64,000 bases of DNA from Endomicrobiales bacterium (GCA_963796955.1 CAWCNJ010000008.1:96001-160000), one strand, 5' to 3'. Shown: positions 18,689 to 28,640, numbered from the stretch's first letter. Numbers and translations are program-made. The notes: generated from the sequence alone by a model not told the origin.

Positions 18689-21136
18689 ATGATAAACTAC
18701 AACCATAGCGAATTTGAGAAAAAGTGGCAGGAGTTCTGGGAAACACAGGGCACGTTCCACGCGCAGGAAGACGATGAGCGACTGAAGTATTATTGCCTGG
18801 TCATGTTCCCGTACCCTTCCGGAAAACTGCACATGGGCCACGTGCGTAATTACGTGCTGGGCGATATTTTCGCCCGCTATTACCGCATGAAGGGTTTTAA
18901 TGTTATACAGCCCATCGGCTGGGATTCGTTCGGCCTGCCCGCCGAGAACGCCGCTATCAAGAATAAAGTTAACCCCAGGGATTGGACAAGACAGAATATC
19001 GCGCACATGCGCATGCAGCTGAAGTCTCTCGGGATTTCCTACGATTGGCGCCGTGAGATCGCGACCTGCGAGCCTGATTATTATAAATGGAACCAGTGGT
19101 TTTTCATAAAGATGTGGGAAAAAGGCCTTGCCTACCGCAAAACCTCGAAAGTTAACTGGTGCCCCTCGTGCGCGACGGTGCTTGCCAACGAACAGGTGCA
19201 CAGCGGCAAGTGCTGGCGCTGCGACAGTTTAGTCGAGAATAAAGAACTGGAACAATGGTTCATTAAGATAACGGATTATGCACAGGAGCTGCTGGACGGC
19301 CATGAAAAACTCAAGGACGGCTGGCCGGAAGAAGTACTGGCCATGCAGAAACACTGGATAGGAAAATCAATTGGCGGCGAGGTTGATTTTAAGATAGTTT
19401 CTGACTCAGGGCATTACAACGCTTCCTTGAAGGTTTTTACTACCCGACCCGACACTCTGTTCGGCGCTACCTTTATCGTTGTCGCGCCCGAGCATGGAAT
19501 GCTCTCCTCGATAGAGGCGCATGCCGCAAATTATCAGGCAGTAAAAAAATATGTCGACAACGCCATTAAACAAAAAGCTTCAACGGCAAAAGAACAAGCG
19601 ATAAAAGAAAAGACGGGGGTACGCCTTGAGGGCGTCTCTGCGGTGAATCCGGCCAACGGTTCAAAGCTGCCTGTCTATGTTTCAGACTATGTTCTGATGG
19701 AATACGGTACCGGCGCAATAATGGCTGTGCCTGCCCATGACCAGCGCGATTGGGATTTTGCCACCGCACACAATATCCCGATCATCCAGGTCATCGGCTC
19801 AGAGGGACTCGATATACAACAAAGCGCCTGGGAAGGTGACGGCGTAATGATGAACTCGGCCCAATTCAACGGCTTGCCGGTTGAAGAGGGAAAAATACGT
19901 ATACTTGACTGGCTCCAGGAAAAAGGTGTCGCCACACGTTCTACCAAATTCCGTATAAAAGATTGGCTGGTATCGCGCCAGAGGTTCTGGGGTACGCCGA
20001 TACCCATGATCCACTGCCCGGCGTGCGGTATTGTGCCCGTTCCTGAAAATCAACTGCCGGTTACATTGCCCGATAATGTCGTCCTGACCGGTACCGGTCA
20101 GTCGCCCCTTTCCGAGGACAAAGCCTTCACCGATGTTACCTGTCCCAAATGCGGCGGTCCGGCAAAACGCGAAACGGATACCATGGATACCTTTGTTGAT
20201 TCATCCTGGTACTATGCCCGATATTGCGACCCAAAGAACGCACGCGCGCCATTCGCCCGCGACAACGCCGCTAAATGGCTGCCGGTAGACCAATATATCG
20301 GCGGCATCGAACACGCTTGCATGCACCTGATCTACGCGCGTTTCTGGCATAAGCTCATGAGAGACCTCGGTCTGGTAAAGTCTGATGAGCCGTTCATGAA
20401 ACTGCTGACCCAGGGCATGGTTTGCCTCGGTGGTAGCGCGATGTCCAAGTCGCGCGGTAATATCGTAACACCGGACGAAATACTTGCGAATTTCGGGGCG
20501 GATACGGCACGGCTGTTCATTATGTTCGCCGCGCCTCCTCATAAACAGCTGGAATGGTCTTCCGACGGCGTGGAAGGTTCATGGCGCTTCATTAACCGGT
20601 TCTGGCGCCTGCTGGAGCGTCTGGAAGTTCCGGGCGGTCAGGCGACGGATGCTGAGAGCGCTGAACTGCGCAAAGTGCTTCACGCGACCATCAAAAAAGT
20701 CACGAACGATATTGAAAAAGAACAGCAGCTTAATACCGCAATTTCCTCTGTCATGGAATTGGTCAACGCATTGTACGCGTACCCGGCCCAGGGAAATGAA
20801 GTTTTTAGAGAGACATTGAAAACAATAACGCTCTTGCTTGCGCCCTACATCCCTCACACCTGCGAGGAAATGTGGCAGCTGCTGGGTAACAAAAATAGCA
20901 TCTCAACCGCGCCGTGGCCCCAGTTCGATCCTCAGTTCCTGGTTGAGGATACCATCGAGCTGCCGGTGCAGATCAACGGGAAGCTGCGCGGCAGGCTGTG
21001 CGTTCCTTTAGCGGTTACGGAGCAGGAGTTGCGTACACTGACGATCGCCGATAAGAGCCTGGAGCCTTTTCTCGGCGGTAAAGCGATAAAGAAATTCATC
21101 TATGTGCCGAAAAAGATATTGAATATCGTCGTTTAG
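18689..21136 (+). CDS. leuS: Leucyl-tRNA synthetase
   Basis: MFPYPSGKLHMGH, FTTRPDT, GTGAIMAVPAHDQRD, AMSKS, VQINGKLR. Confidence 0.98.
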   Translation: MINYNHSEFEKKWQEFWETQGTFHAQEDDERLKYYCLVMFPYPSGKLHMGHVRNYVLGDIFARYYRMKGFNVIQPIGWDSFGLPAENAAIKNKVNPRDWTRQNIAHMRMQLKSLGISYDWRREIATCEPDYYKWNQWFFIKMWEKGLAYRKTSKVNWCPSCATVLANEQVHSGKCWRCDSLVENKELEQWFIKITDYAQELLDGHEKLKDGWPEEVLAMQKHWIGKSIGGEVDFKIVSDSGHYNASLKVFTTRPDTLFGATFIVVAPEHGMLSSIEAHAANYQAVKKYVDNAIKQKASTAKEQAIKEKTGVRLEGVSAVNPANGSKLPVYVSDYVLMEYGTGAIMAVPAHDQRDWDFATAHNIPIIQVIGSEGLDIQQSAWEGDGVMMNSAQFNGLPVEEGKIRILDWLQEKGVATRSTKFRIKDWLVSRQRFWGTPIPMIHCPACGIVPVPENQLPVTLPDNVVLTGTGQSPLSEDKAFTDVTCPKCGGPAKRETDTMDTFVDSSWYYARYCDPKNARAPFARDNAAKWLPVDQYIGGIEHACMHLIYARFWHKLMRDLGLVKSDEPFMKLLTQGMVCLGGSAMSKSRGNIVTPDEILANFGADTARLFIMFAAPPHKQLEWSSDGVEGSWRFINRFWRLLERLEVPGGQATDAESAELRKVLHATIKKVTNDIEKEQQLNTAISSVMELVNALYAYPAQGNEVFRETLKTITLLLAPYIPHTCEEMWQLLGNKNSISTAPWPQFDPQFLVEDTIELPVQINGKLRGRLCVPLAVTEQELRTLTIADKSLEPFLGGKAIKKFIYVPKKILNIVV

Positions 21137-21157
21137 GTTTTTCAAAGGGAGTTCAAA

Positions 21158-21718
21158 ATGTTTACAAAGTCACTGGTTGCAATGTGTCTGGCCGCTTCAG
21201 CTTTTTTGTTTGGTTGTGCCTCACCCTATGAGCCTGCTCCGCAGACCATGCCTCAGCACATAAAGAAACTCGCTATACGGCCTATTATCAATAATACCCC
21301 AACATCGGGCCTTGAAGAAAAACTGACCCTTGCGGTAAATAATGAATTTGTGCGCGACGGACGCTTCGCGATAGTCAGCAACGAGGCCGACGCCGACGGT
21401 GTGGTGGTGGGAGAGATCAAACGCTATATACTGCAGCCCTTAACCTATGACCAGAACATGATAACGACCCAGTATAAACTGTGGGTCGTGCTGAACCTGT
21501 ATTTTATTGATAAAGCCAACAACGTGACCCTCTGGACAGAGCCGAATATGGAAGGTATGCAGGTTTACTACGATGCTAACCAGCCCGGCGGGCGCACCGA
21601 AGACGAGGTGCGCGATATACTCTGGGACAGCCTTTCGCGCGATATCGTGAAGCGCACCATTGAAGGCTTCGGTTCCGTGCAGGGCGGTTCAGAAAAGAAG
21701 ATACCGGCCCAGCAATAA
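21158..21718 (+). CDS. lptE: LPS assembly lipoprotein LptE family
   Basis: Lipobox LFGC; leuS-lptE-holA synteny; LptE-like size and pattern. Confidence 0.75.
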   Translation: MFTKSLVAMCLAASAFLFGCASPYEPAPQTMPQHIKKLAIRPIINNTPTSGLEEKLTLAVNNEFVRDGRFAIVSNEADADGVVVGEIKRYILQPLTYDQNMITTQYKLWVVLNLYFIDKANNVTLWTEPNMEGMQVYYDANQPGGRTEDEVRDILWDSLSRDIVKRTIEGFGSVQGGSEKKIPAQQ

Positions 21719-21723
21719 TCACC

Positions 21724-22752
21724 GTGCCCACACAGACACCCGCTTCAATACAATCAAGGCTTAAAGCAAAACAATTTGCCTGCGCCTACCTGCTTTCCGG
21801 CGAGGAATTGCAGCTTATAGAGAACATGACGCATTCGATAGAGACTGCGATCAATGTTGACCCTATGGGTAAAGAGGTTTTTTTCGGCACGGACATGAAA
21901 GCCGGCGATCTTATAATGTCGGCCGAAACACTCCCGTTCATGACCGGCGCACGGTTCATCGTTGTGAAGGATGCAAACAAGATAAAGGCCGCGGAAGTAA
22001 AGATCCTTGCCGCATTCATTAACAAGGGCCTTCCCGAAACCTCTCACCTGGTTTTTATCTGGCCGGAAAAATTATCAAAGAAGAAAAACGATCTAACCGA
22101 CGCTCTAACCAAAGCGGCTGATTGTGTTGAATTCAGGCGTTTATATGACAATGAAGTGCCGGCCTGGATAGCCCAACAGTGCAAGGCCGCGGGGAAAAAT
22201 ATAGACTCGCAGGGCATGCAATATCTTGCCGACCAGGCAGGTGGTTCGTTGCTGGATCTCTCTAATGAAATAGAAAAGCTTGTGTTGTTCTGCGGGGCAG
22301 CTAAGGATATAACGCTGAGTGATGTAAAGGCTTCCGTGGGCAATGTAAAACAGTATGACTTGAACGATCTCGGCAATGTCGTTGAGCGTAGAGATCTTCC
22401 GAAGTCTCTGGCGATGTGCGAGGGGCTGGTGGCTGACGGGGAGGCGGGGTTGCGGATACTGGCGACTATAGGCAGGACGCTGCGTAAACTGACGATAGCT
22501 AAAAGTATGATGGAAGAAGAAAAAGTAAGTGTTGCCGATATAAAACTGCAACTAAGGCTGCATCCCTTTTTCGCGAAAGACTTCTTCACGAACCTTCAAA
22601 AATTCTCGCTGCCTGAGCTTTCTTCTTCCCTTGCACAAATACAAAAGGCCGACCTGGCTTTGAAAAGTTCAGGACGGCCTGAAGTTGCTATATTGCAGGA
22701 CTTGTTAGTTTCTGTTCTTTCTACGGTTACTTTGCGGCGCCAAGGGCGCTGA
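21724..22752 (+). CDS. holA: DNA polymerase III delta subunit
   Basis: YLLSGEE, TLPF, NEIEKL, ADLALKSS; convergent with rpsT. Confidence 0.9.
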   Translation: MPTQTPASIQSRLKAKQFACAYLLSGEELQLIENMTHSIETAINVDPMGKEVFFGTDMKAGDLIMSAETLPFMTGARFIVVKDANKIKAAEVKILAAFINKGLPETSHLVFIWPEKLSKKKNDLTDALTKAADCVEFRRLYDNEVPAWIAQQCKAAGKNIDSQGMQYLADQAGGSLLDLSNEIEKLVLFCGAAKDITLSDVKASVGNVKQYDLNDLGNVVERRDLPKSLAMCEGLVADGEAGLRILATIGRTLRKLTIAKSMMEEEKVSVADIKLQLRLHPFFAKDFFTNLQKFSLPELSSSLAQIQKADLALKSSGRPEVAILQDLLVSVLSTVTLRRQGR

Positions 22753-23014
22753 CCATTTTTGCAAGGCGCGCTTTCTGGTTCGCTGCCGCGTTGGAATGAA
22801 TGACGTTGGTCTTAGCTGCTTTGTCCCACTGGGAAAAGGCGCTTTTCAGAAGGCTTTTTGCGAGGGTTGCATCGTTGCCTTTTACCGCGGCTTCGACGTT
22901 CTTTGAGAGGGAACGGATCCTGCTCTTGATAGAAGCATTGTGCAGGGTGCGGACATTGGCTTTACGAAGTTCCTTAAGCGCTGATGTGTGACGGCCAGTC
23001 TTGAGTTTTGCCAT
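22727..23014 (-). CDS. rpsT: 30S ribosomal protein S20
   Basis: SALKELR..N...KSRIR..DKAAK.NVIH.NAAA..KARL; SD GGAGG upstream of the ATG at 23014. Confidence 0.93.
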   Translation of the reverse strand: MAKLKTGRHTSALKELRKANVRTLHNASIKSRIRSLSKNVEAAVKGNDATLAKSLLKSAFSQWDKAAKTNVIHSNAAANQKARLAKMVSALGAAK

Positions 23015-23046
23015 TGATGTGTAGCCTCCGAGTGAAATTTCATAGA

Positions 23047-23075
23047 AATATACCATATTAGCTGCGGATAGTCAA
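23047..23075 (-). promoter_or_regulatory. Promoter of rpsT
   Basis: Minus strand TTGACT, 17 bp, TGg-TATATT (extended -10). Confidence 0.65.
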
Positions 23076-23094
23076 TAATAAGGAACTTAAAATA

Positions 23095-24663
23095 ATGGAA
23101 CAGGAAAAGAAACTTACTAAACACGCGGGACATATCGCTGGCGGCACGGCGATATCGAGAGTCTTGGGCTATTTGCGCGATATGCTGGTCGCCCATACGT
23201 TCGGGGCAGGCCTTTCGGCTGATGCTTTTTATGCAGCCTACCGGATACCGAACCTTTTTCGCAGGCTTTTAGGCGAGGGGGCGTTATCGGCCTCCTTCAT
23301 TCCGGTGCTCAGCGAATATCTGCATACCAAAACAAAAGAAGAGACCCAGGATCTTTTAAACGCACTGTATTCTATATTGTTGATAATTCTTGTCGTTATC
23401 ACGGCTCTGGGCATAGTGTTCGCGCCATATCTGGTGAACGTTATCGCTTACGGATTTACCTCAAACAGCGAAAAAATGGCGCTGACCGTGACGCTGACGC
23501 AGTTGATGTTCCCGTTCCTGTTGTTCATTTGCATGGCGGCACTTGGCCTGGGTATACTTAATACTTTAAGCGCCTTCTTTATGCCTGCCGTTGCGCCCGC
23601 CACTCTCAGCGTTGCTGAAATCGTATTCCTGCTGGCAATAGCGCCTTTGCTCAGCCCGGACAATCAGATAAAGGGACTGGCTATAAGCGTTATAATTGGC
23701 GGTCTCGCCCAGTATCTTATACAGCTGCCCGCGATCTATAAACTGGGCTGGAAACTAAAGTGGAAACCGAACTTCAGCCACCCGGGCGTCCGTAAGATAG
23801 CCTGGTTGATGCTGCCCGCCACAATAGGTTTGTCTGTCGACCAGATAAACGCGTTCGTTGACACCGTCTGCGCCTCCTTCCTGCACGAAGGCTCCATCAC
23901 CGCGCTGTATTATTCGAACCGGATCATGCAGTTGCCTCTTGCCATATTCGGTATTGCATTGGCGAGCGTCGCCCTTCCCTCGATGGCGAAGGCTGTTTCC
24001 AGGAACGATCCTGACGATTTTAAGGCTACATTGAATTTTGCGATGCGTTTCAACATGTTTATGCTGGTGCCTGCCGCTACCGGTTTAATGGTTCTTGGTA
24101 TCCCCATGATACATGTGCTTTTTGAGCGGGGTGAATTTAATCATCAGGCGACGCTGCTTACGAACAGCGCCCTTTTCTGGTATACACTGGGTTTGCCTGC
24201 TTACGCGACCGTTAAAGTATTGGCCAGCGCCTTCTATGCGTATCAACAGACGAAGACGCCGGTAAAAGTCGCGGCCGCCGCGATACTTATTAATGTGGTG
24301 ATCATCGGAGCGTTGTTTTTTACCGGCCACAGAAGCGTCGGTGTGCTCGCCCTGGCGAGCTCTCTCGCCTCCTGGTTTAACGTCTTCGTCCTCGGTTACT
24401 TGTTGCGCAAAAAAGTCGGTCCTCTGGGGATCTCTAAAACGTTGATGTCGGTGGCCAAGACCTGTGCCGCCTCCGCAGTAATGGGCCTGGTCAGCTACTG
24501 GATAGCCTTTATCTGGCTGCCGCATAAACCAATGATAGGCTTGTTCACATCGCTTCTCGTCGGGATAGCCGTTTATTTTGCCATTGCGTACGTCTTCAAG
24601 TTTGACGAAAGCAAACCGTTGTTCTCGTTGATCCTTGATGAAAAACCCACGGGTGTTGAATAG
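23095..24663 (+). CDS. murJ: Lipid II flippase MurJ (MviN)
   Basis: SRVLGYLRD, PNLFRRLLGEGALSASFIP, NRIMQLPL, LFERGEF, TKTP. Confidence 0.95.
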   Translation: MEQEKKLTKHAGHIAGGTAISRVLGYLRDMLVAHTFGAGLSADAFYAAYRIPNLFRRLLGEGALSASFIPVLSEYLHTKTKEETQDLLNALYSILLIILVVITALGIVFAPYLVNVIAYGFTSNSEKMALTVTLTQLMFPFLLFICMAALGLGILNTLSAFFMPAVAPATLSVAEIVFLLAIAPLLSPDNQIKGLAISVIIGGLAQYLIQLPAIYKLGWKLKWKPNFSHPGVRKIAWLMLPATIGLSVDQINAFVDTVCASFLHEGSITALYYSNRIMQLPLAIFGIALASVALPSMAKAVSRNDPDDFKATLNFAMRFNMFMLVPAATGLMVLGIPMIHVLFERGEFNHQATLLTNSALFWYTLGLPAYATVKVLASAFYAYQQTKTPVKVAAAAILINVVIIGALFFTGHRSVGVLALASSLASWFNVFVLGYLLRKKVGPLGISKTLMSVAKTCAASAVMGLVSYWIAFIWLPHKPMIGLFTSLLVGIAVYFAIAYVFKFDESKPLFSLILDEKPTGVE

Positions 24664-24669
24664 AATATA

Positions 24670-25965
24670 ATGCCAAAGACAAATCTTGACCTTTCGAAGT
24701 TCCCGCTGAAGCCCGGCGTCTATATTATGCGGGATAACGCCGCCAATATTATCTATATCGGCAAAGCCATCAGGCTGCGCACCAGGGTTTCTTCCTATTT
24801 TAACCGGCCCGCGCCTTCGCTGAAGATCGCGGCGCTCATCAGAGTGGTGCGCCACATTGATTACATTCTCGCCGCCTCGGAAACCGAGGCCCTCGTCATT
24901 GAACGTGATCTAATCTATCGTTACCAGCCGTATTACAATACCATGTGGAAGGACGGCAAGTCCTACCCCTACATTAAGCTTACCCGTGAAGATTTTCCAA
25001 GGCTTGTCATAACGCGCAACAAGACCGACGACGGCGCCAAATATTTCGGCCCTTACCCGGACGTGTGGCACATGAAGTCTACCCTGCATTGGCTGAGGGG
25101 GATGTTTGGCCTGCGCAGATGTGCACATGTTTTCGATTCACTGCACCTGCCGCCTGAAAAGAAAGTTAAATCCTGTCTTTATCTTCACGCCGGGAAGTGT
25201 TCAGGGCCGTGCATCGGAAAGATATCTGTGCGCGAGTATAAAACCAGATTGAAAGGCGCGGGGTTGCTTTTGTCAGGAAAATATTCCGCTTTAAAAGATG
25301 TGTTGGCATCAGAAATGAAACGTTCAAGCGTTGCTCTTGATTTCGAAAGAGCGGCTTCTTTGCGCGATCGCATACAGGCTCTCGAATCAATGAACCAGCT
25401 GATAACCGTCCGGGAACTTTCGGCCGGAGATTTTACGGCTTCACTTGAAATGACAGGCTTGTTGGAAAAGGCAAAAGAAATATTACATCTGCCGACTCTG
25501 CCGGCGATAATAGAGGGTTTTGATATATCCAACATAGCAGGAACCGCCTGTGTTGGTTCCATGGTGCGTTTCATGAACGGCAAACCGGACAAAAGTAATT
25601 ACAGGAAATTTAAGATACGAACCGTTCAGGGACAGAACGATTTTGCTATGATAAAGGAGACAGTCCTGCGCAGATACAGCAGGCTATTGAAGGAAGGAAT
25701 GCCGCTTCCTGACCTGGTGCTGATAGACGGGGGAAAAGGCCAGCTGAAAGCCGCAAGCGAGGCCTTACAGTCACTCAAAACCAAGATACCCGTTATCTCT
25801 CTTGCGAAGCAAAATGAAGAAATATTTTTTCCGGACATAGATGAGTCTCTAAAGTTGCCTGAAGAGTCTCCGGTATTGCATCTATTACAATCTGTTCGAG
25901 ATGAATCTCATAGGTTTGCATTGTCGTATAATTTAGTGAGACGCAGGATCGATACCGGCATTTAA
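24670..25965 (+). CDS. uvrC: Excinuclease ABC subunit C, short form lacking the C-terminal HhH domain
   Basis: GIY-YIG (PGVYIM, IYIGKA), Cys cluster, FERAASLRD, EGFDISN, DGGKGQ, RDESHRFA. Confidence 0.9.
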   Translation: MPKTNLDLSKFPLKPGVYIMRDNAANIIYIGKAIRLRTRVSSYFNRPAPSLKIAALIRVVRHIDYILAASETEALVIERDLIYRYQPYYNTMWKDGKSYPYIKLTREDFPRLVITRNKTDDGAKYFGPYPDVWHMKSTLHWLRGMFGLRRCAHVFDSLHLPPEKKVKSCLYLHAGKCSGPCIGKISVREYKTRLKGAGLLLSGKYSALKDVLASEMKRSSVALDFERAASLRDRIQALESMNQLITVRELSAGDFTASLEMTGLLEKAKEILHLPTLPAIIEGFDISNIAGTACVGSMVRFMNGKPDKSNYRKFKIRTVQGQNDFAMIKETVLRRYSRLLKEGMPLPDLVLIDGGKGQLKAASEALQSLKTKIPVISLAKQNEEIFFPDIDESLKLPEESPVLHLLQSVRDESHRFALSYNLVRRRIDTGI

Positions 25966-25974
25966 TATTATTTT

Positions 25975-26002
25975 GTAGGGACGAACGTCCGTTCGCCCCT
26001 AC
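25975..26002. repeat. GTAG-family REP palindrome
   Basis: GTAGGGACGAAC-GTCC-GTTCGCCCCTAC, 12-bp arms with one mismatch, intergenic. Confidence 0.7.
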
Positions 26003-26018
26003 CTTCTAGAGAGGATAA

Positions 26019-27299
26019 ATGACGACAGTAAAAATTGAAAAGCTTGTGTTCGGCGGGCAGGCGTTGGCCCGGATGGAAAATAAAGTTGCGCTTGTCTGGA
26101 ATGCTTTGCCGGGCGAAGAAGTTGAAATAGAGATCTACAGAAAACAAAAGTCTTTTGTGGAAGCGATAGCCACGAAGATAATCACTCCATCACCCATTCG
26201 TGTGGAACCGAGCGAACCTCATTATCTTTGCTGCAGCCCCTGGCAGATACTTCCTTTTGCCGACGAAAATTACTGGAAAGAGCAGATCGCTCTTGAAACC
26301 TATCAAAAGATCGGCAGGATAACGCCTGTCGATGAACTCAAGATACTTTCAGATGCTTCACTCCAATACGGTTATCGAAACAAAATGGAGTACAGCTTCA
26401 CGACCAATGCGGAGGGAAAACTTTCCCTGGCTTTCTTTAAGCGCGGCACGCACCGCTACGAGGCGATCGAACCATGCACGCTGGCTCAGCCTCAGATGAA
26501 TGTGGTAGCCAAGCAGATACTCGCCTGGGTGGAGTCTAACAATATTCCGCTGCGTTCGCTGAAAACAATGCTGCTGCGGTCAAACCGTAAGGGTGAGGTG
26601 ATCGCGGCGCTTTTCATAAAGGATGAGTTGCCCTTTACCGTTTATCCTGAACTGAACTCAACGCTGAAAGGTTTTTCGCTGTTCCTCTCAAATTTCAGAT
26701 GTCCCGCGTCGGTCATCGACAAGGTTTTGTACACGACGGGCCAAAACCATCTGGTGGAATCGCTGAGGGGAATAGATATGAAGATCGGCCTAATGAGTTT
26801 CTTTCAGATCAATCCATCATTGTTTGAGACTGCGGTGGAAGAAATGGCTAACTGGGTAGAGACTGGTTCTAAACTTGTAGATTACTACAGCGGTGTTGGT
26901 TCGATCGGCATTCCAATGCAAAAAAACGCCGCATCCTGCGAACTGGTTGATATAAGTGAGGAGTCAGTAGCTTTTGCCAATGAGAATATTATTTCGTCAG
27001 GATTACAGGACCGCTACACGGCAAAAGCCATTCCCGCTGAAAAACTGACAGGTGTTATCGCTCATGACAAAACTATCGTCTTAGATCCTCCGAGAGCCGG
27101 CCTGCACGATAAGGTAGTGGCGCAGCTTCTTGCGGAGAAACCGGTGCGCATAATCTATATGTCCTGCAACATTTCTACCCACGCCAGGGACCTGGCCGCT
27201 TTGCAAACCTGCTATACTATTCGTACCATGAAACTGTATAATTTTTTCCCGAAGACCCCTCATTTTGAAGGGTTGTGCGTGCTGGACAGGAATGCCTAA
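26019..27299 (+). CDS. rlmD: RNA (uracil-5)-methyltransferase, RlmD/TrmA family with TRAM domain
   Basis: ALPGE TRAM, YGYRNKMEY, FFQIN, YSGVGSIG, LDPPRAG, YMSCN, FPKTPHFE; substrate uncertain. Confidence 0.82.
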   Translation: MTTVKIEKLVFGGQALARMENKVALVWNALPGEEVEIEIYRKQKSFVEAIATKIITPSPIRVEPSEPHYLCCSPWQILPFADENYWKEQIALETYQKIGRITPVDELKILSDASLQYGYRNKMEYSFTTNAEGKLSLAFFKRGTHRYEAIEPCTLAQPQMNVVAKQILAWVESNNIPLRSLKTMLLRSNRKGEVIAALFIKDELPFTVYPELNSTLKGFSLFLSNFRCPASVIDKVLYTTGQNHLVESLRGIDMKIGLMSFFQINPSLFETAVEEMANWVETGSKLVDYYSGVGSIGIPMQKNAASCELVDISEESVAFANENIISSGLQDRYTAKAIPAEKLTGVIAHDKTIVLDPPRAGLHDKVVAQLLAEKPVRIIYMSCNISTHARDLAALQTCYTIRTMKLYNFFPKTPHFEGLCVLDRNA

Positions 27300-27855
27300 A
27301 TTGAAACGCTTTATTTTGCCCCTTATTCTTCTGCTGGCCCCACACGCTGAGGCAGCGGAAAAGCTGGTGATAAAGAATTCAAAAACCTGCAGTTTGCGCG
27401 GCGAACCCTGTGCAACGTACGACGATATTATTATAGACGCAGCCACAAAACATAATGTTGACCCGGCGCTTGTTAAAGCAGTTATGCAGGCGGAATCTAA
27501 TTTCAATCCCCTGGATCGTTCCGGCAAAGGCGCCTGCGGCCTGATGCAGCTGATGCCGGCGACCGCCAGACTACTTGGAGTAAGGAATATCTATAATCCC
27601 GAAGAAAATATCTACGCCGGTGCCCAATACCTGCGCACCATGCTGGACATATTCAACGGCAATATAGAAAAAGCGGTAGCGGCCTATAACGCAGGCCCCG
27701 CGGTGGTCCAGAAATATTCCTCGATCCCACCCTACAGAGAAACGCGCGATTACGTCCGCCGGGTTAAAACTTACTTGAGCAGGTATGGAAAGAACGGCAA
27801 AGTAATTGACTACGTAGACGAAAATGGGAAATTGAACTTGTATAATGTCAAATAA
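27292..27855 (+). CDS. Secreted lytic transglycosylase (SLT domain)
   Basis: Signal peptide; AVMQAESNFNP, GLMQLMP, AAYNAGP, ETRDYV. Confidence 0.9.
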   Translation: MPKLKRFILPLILLLAPHAEAAEKLVIKNSKTCSLRGEPCATYDDIIIDAATKHNVDPALVKAVMQAESNFNPLDRSGKGACGLMQLMPATARLLGVRNIYNPEENIYAGAQYLRTMLDIFNGNIEKAVAAYNAGPAVVQKYSSIPPYRETRDYVRRVKTYLSRYGKNGKVIDYVDENGKLNLYNVK

Positions 27856-28534
27856 AACCTGGGACCTTATAGTGTCGGGCGCCCACTCCGGCCCTGAGAA
27901 TATGTCGCTCGATGAAGCGGCTTTTCAGCTGCTCATTGAGGGAAAGCTCGTTCGTCCGGTGCTGCGTTTTTATACATGGAGCGAACCTTGTATCACAATC
28001 GGTTATTTTCAGAAATATTGTGATTTTGTCGGCAAAATACCTGTCGTGCGGCGCCTTACCGGCGGTCTCGCGGTAAACCATTCAACTGATATTTCCTATT
28101 CGCTGGTTGTTTCCGAAGAATATCTTCCATGTGCTCGAGATCAGCAGAAAACCTACAGGATAATTCATTCAGCATTACGCCAAGGGTTATTGAACGCCGG
28201 GATAGCGACCGAATATTGCTCTAACGACGGCGATCTTAAAACCCCAATGTGCGTTGCCAGTGTGTTTGCGCATGACCTTGCCATAAAAGGAAGAAAGGTG
28301 CTGGGGTCCTGCCAACGGCGCAGAGGCAATGTGTTGCTGCAGCAGGGGTCCCTACATGTGACGTTTCCTAGAGGCACCGGCTTTGATCTTTTTGCACAAA
28401 CGATAGCCAGCGGGGTCGCGAAAACACTTCAGATCAATCTTGCCGGTTCCTCTGTTTCACAGAACCAACATTCCCTCGCTTCAAATCTTGCGGCCAATAA
28501 ATACTCTTCTATATTATGGAATTCGAAATTTTAG
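27845..28534 (+). CDS. Lipoate-protein ligase A / octanoyltransferase family
   Basis: NMSLDEA, LRFYTW, ITIGYFQ, VRRLTGG, GRKVLGSCQRR, LQQGSL. Confidence 0.88.
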   Translation: MSNKTWDLIVSGAHSGPENMSLDEAAFQLLIEGKLVRPVLRFYTWSEPCITIGYFQKYCDFVGKIPVVRRLTGGLAVNHSTDISYSLVVSEEYLPCARDQQKTYRIIHSALRQGLLNAGIATEYCSNDGDLKTPMCVASVFAHDLAIKGRKVLGSCQRRRGNVLLQQGSLHVTFPRGTGFDLFAQTIASGVAKTLQINLAGSSVSQNQHSLASNLAANKYSSILWNSKF

Positions 28535-28561
28535 CATTTCCCGGCAAATAATAAAAATTCA

Positions 28562-28590
28562 TTGACAGTTCAGGCGTATTCACTTATAAT
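28562..28590 (+). promoter_or_regulatory. Consensus sigma70 promoter of the pil operon
   Basis: TTGACA (28562-28567), 17 bp, TATAAT (28585-28590). Confidence 0.85.
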
Positions 28591-28640
28591 TACATCAGAC
28601 AGGTGTATATGGAACTCATACAATACCGGAGCCAGTTCTA

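Noticed and set aside
22727..22752. Convergent 26-nt overlap of holA and rpsT
   Set aside because: holA-rpsT convergence is common and short tail overlaps are unremarkable
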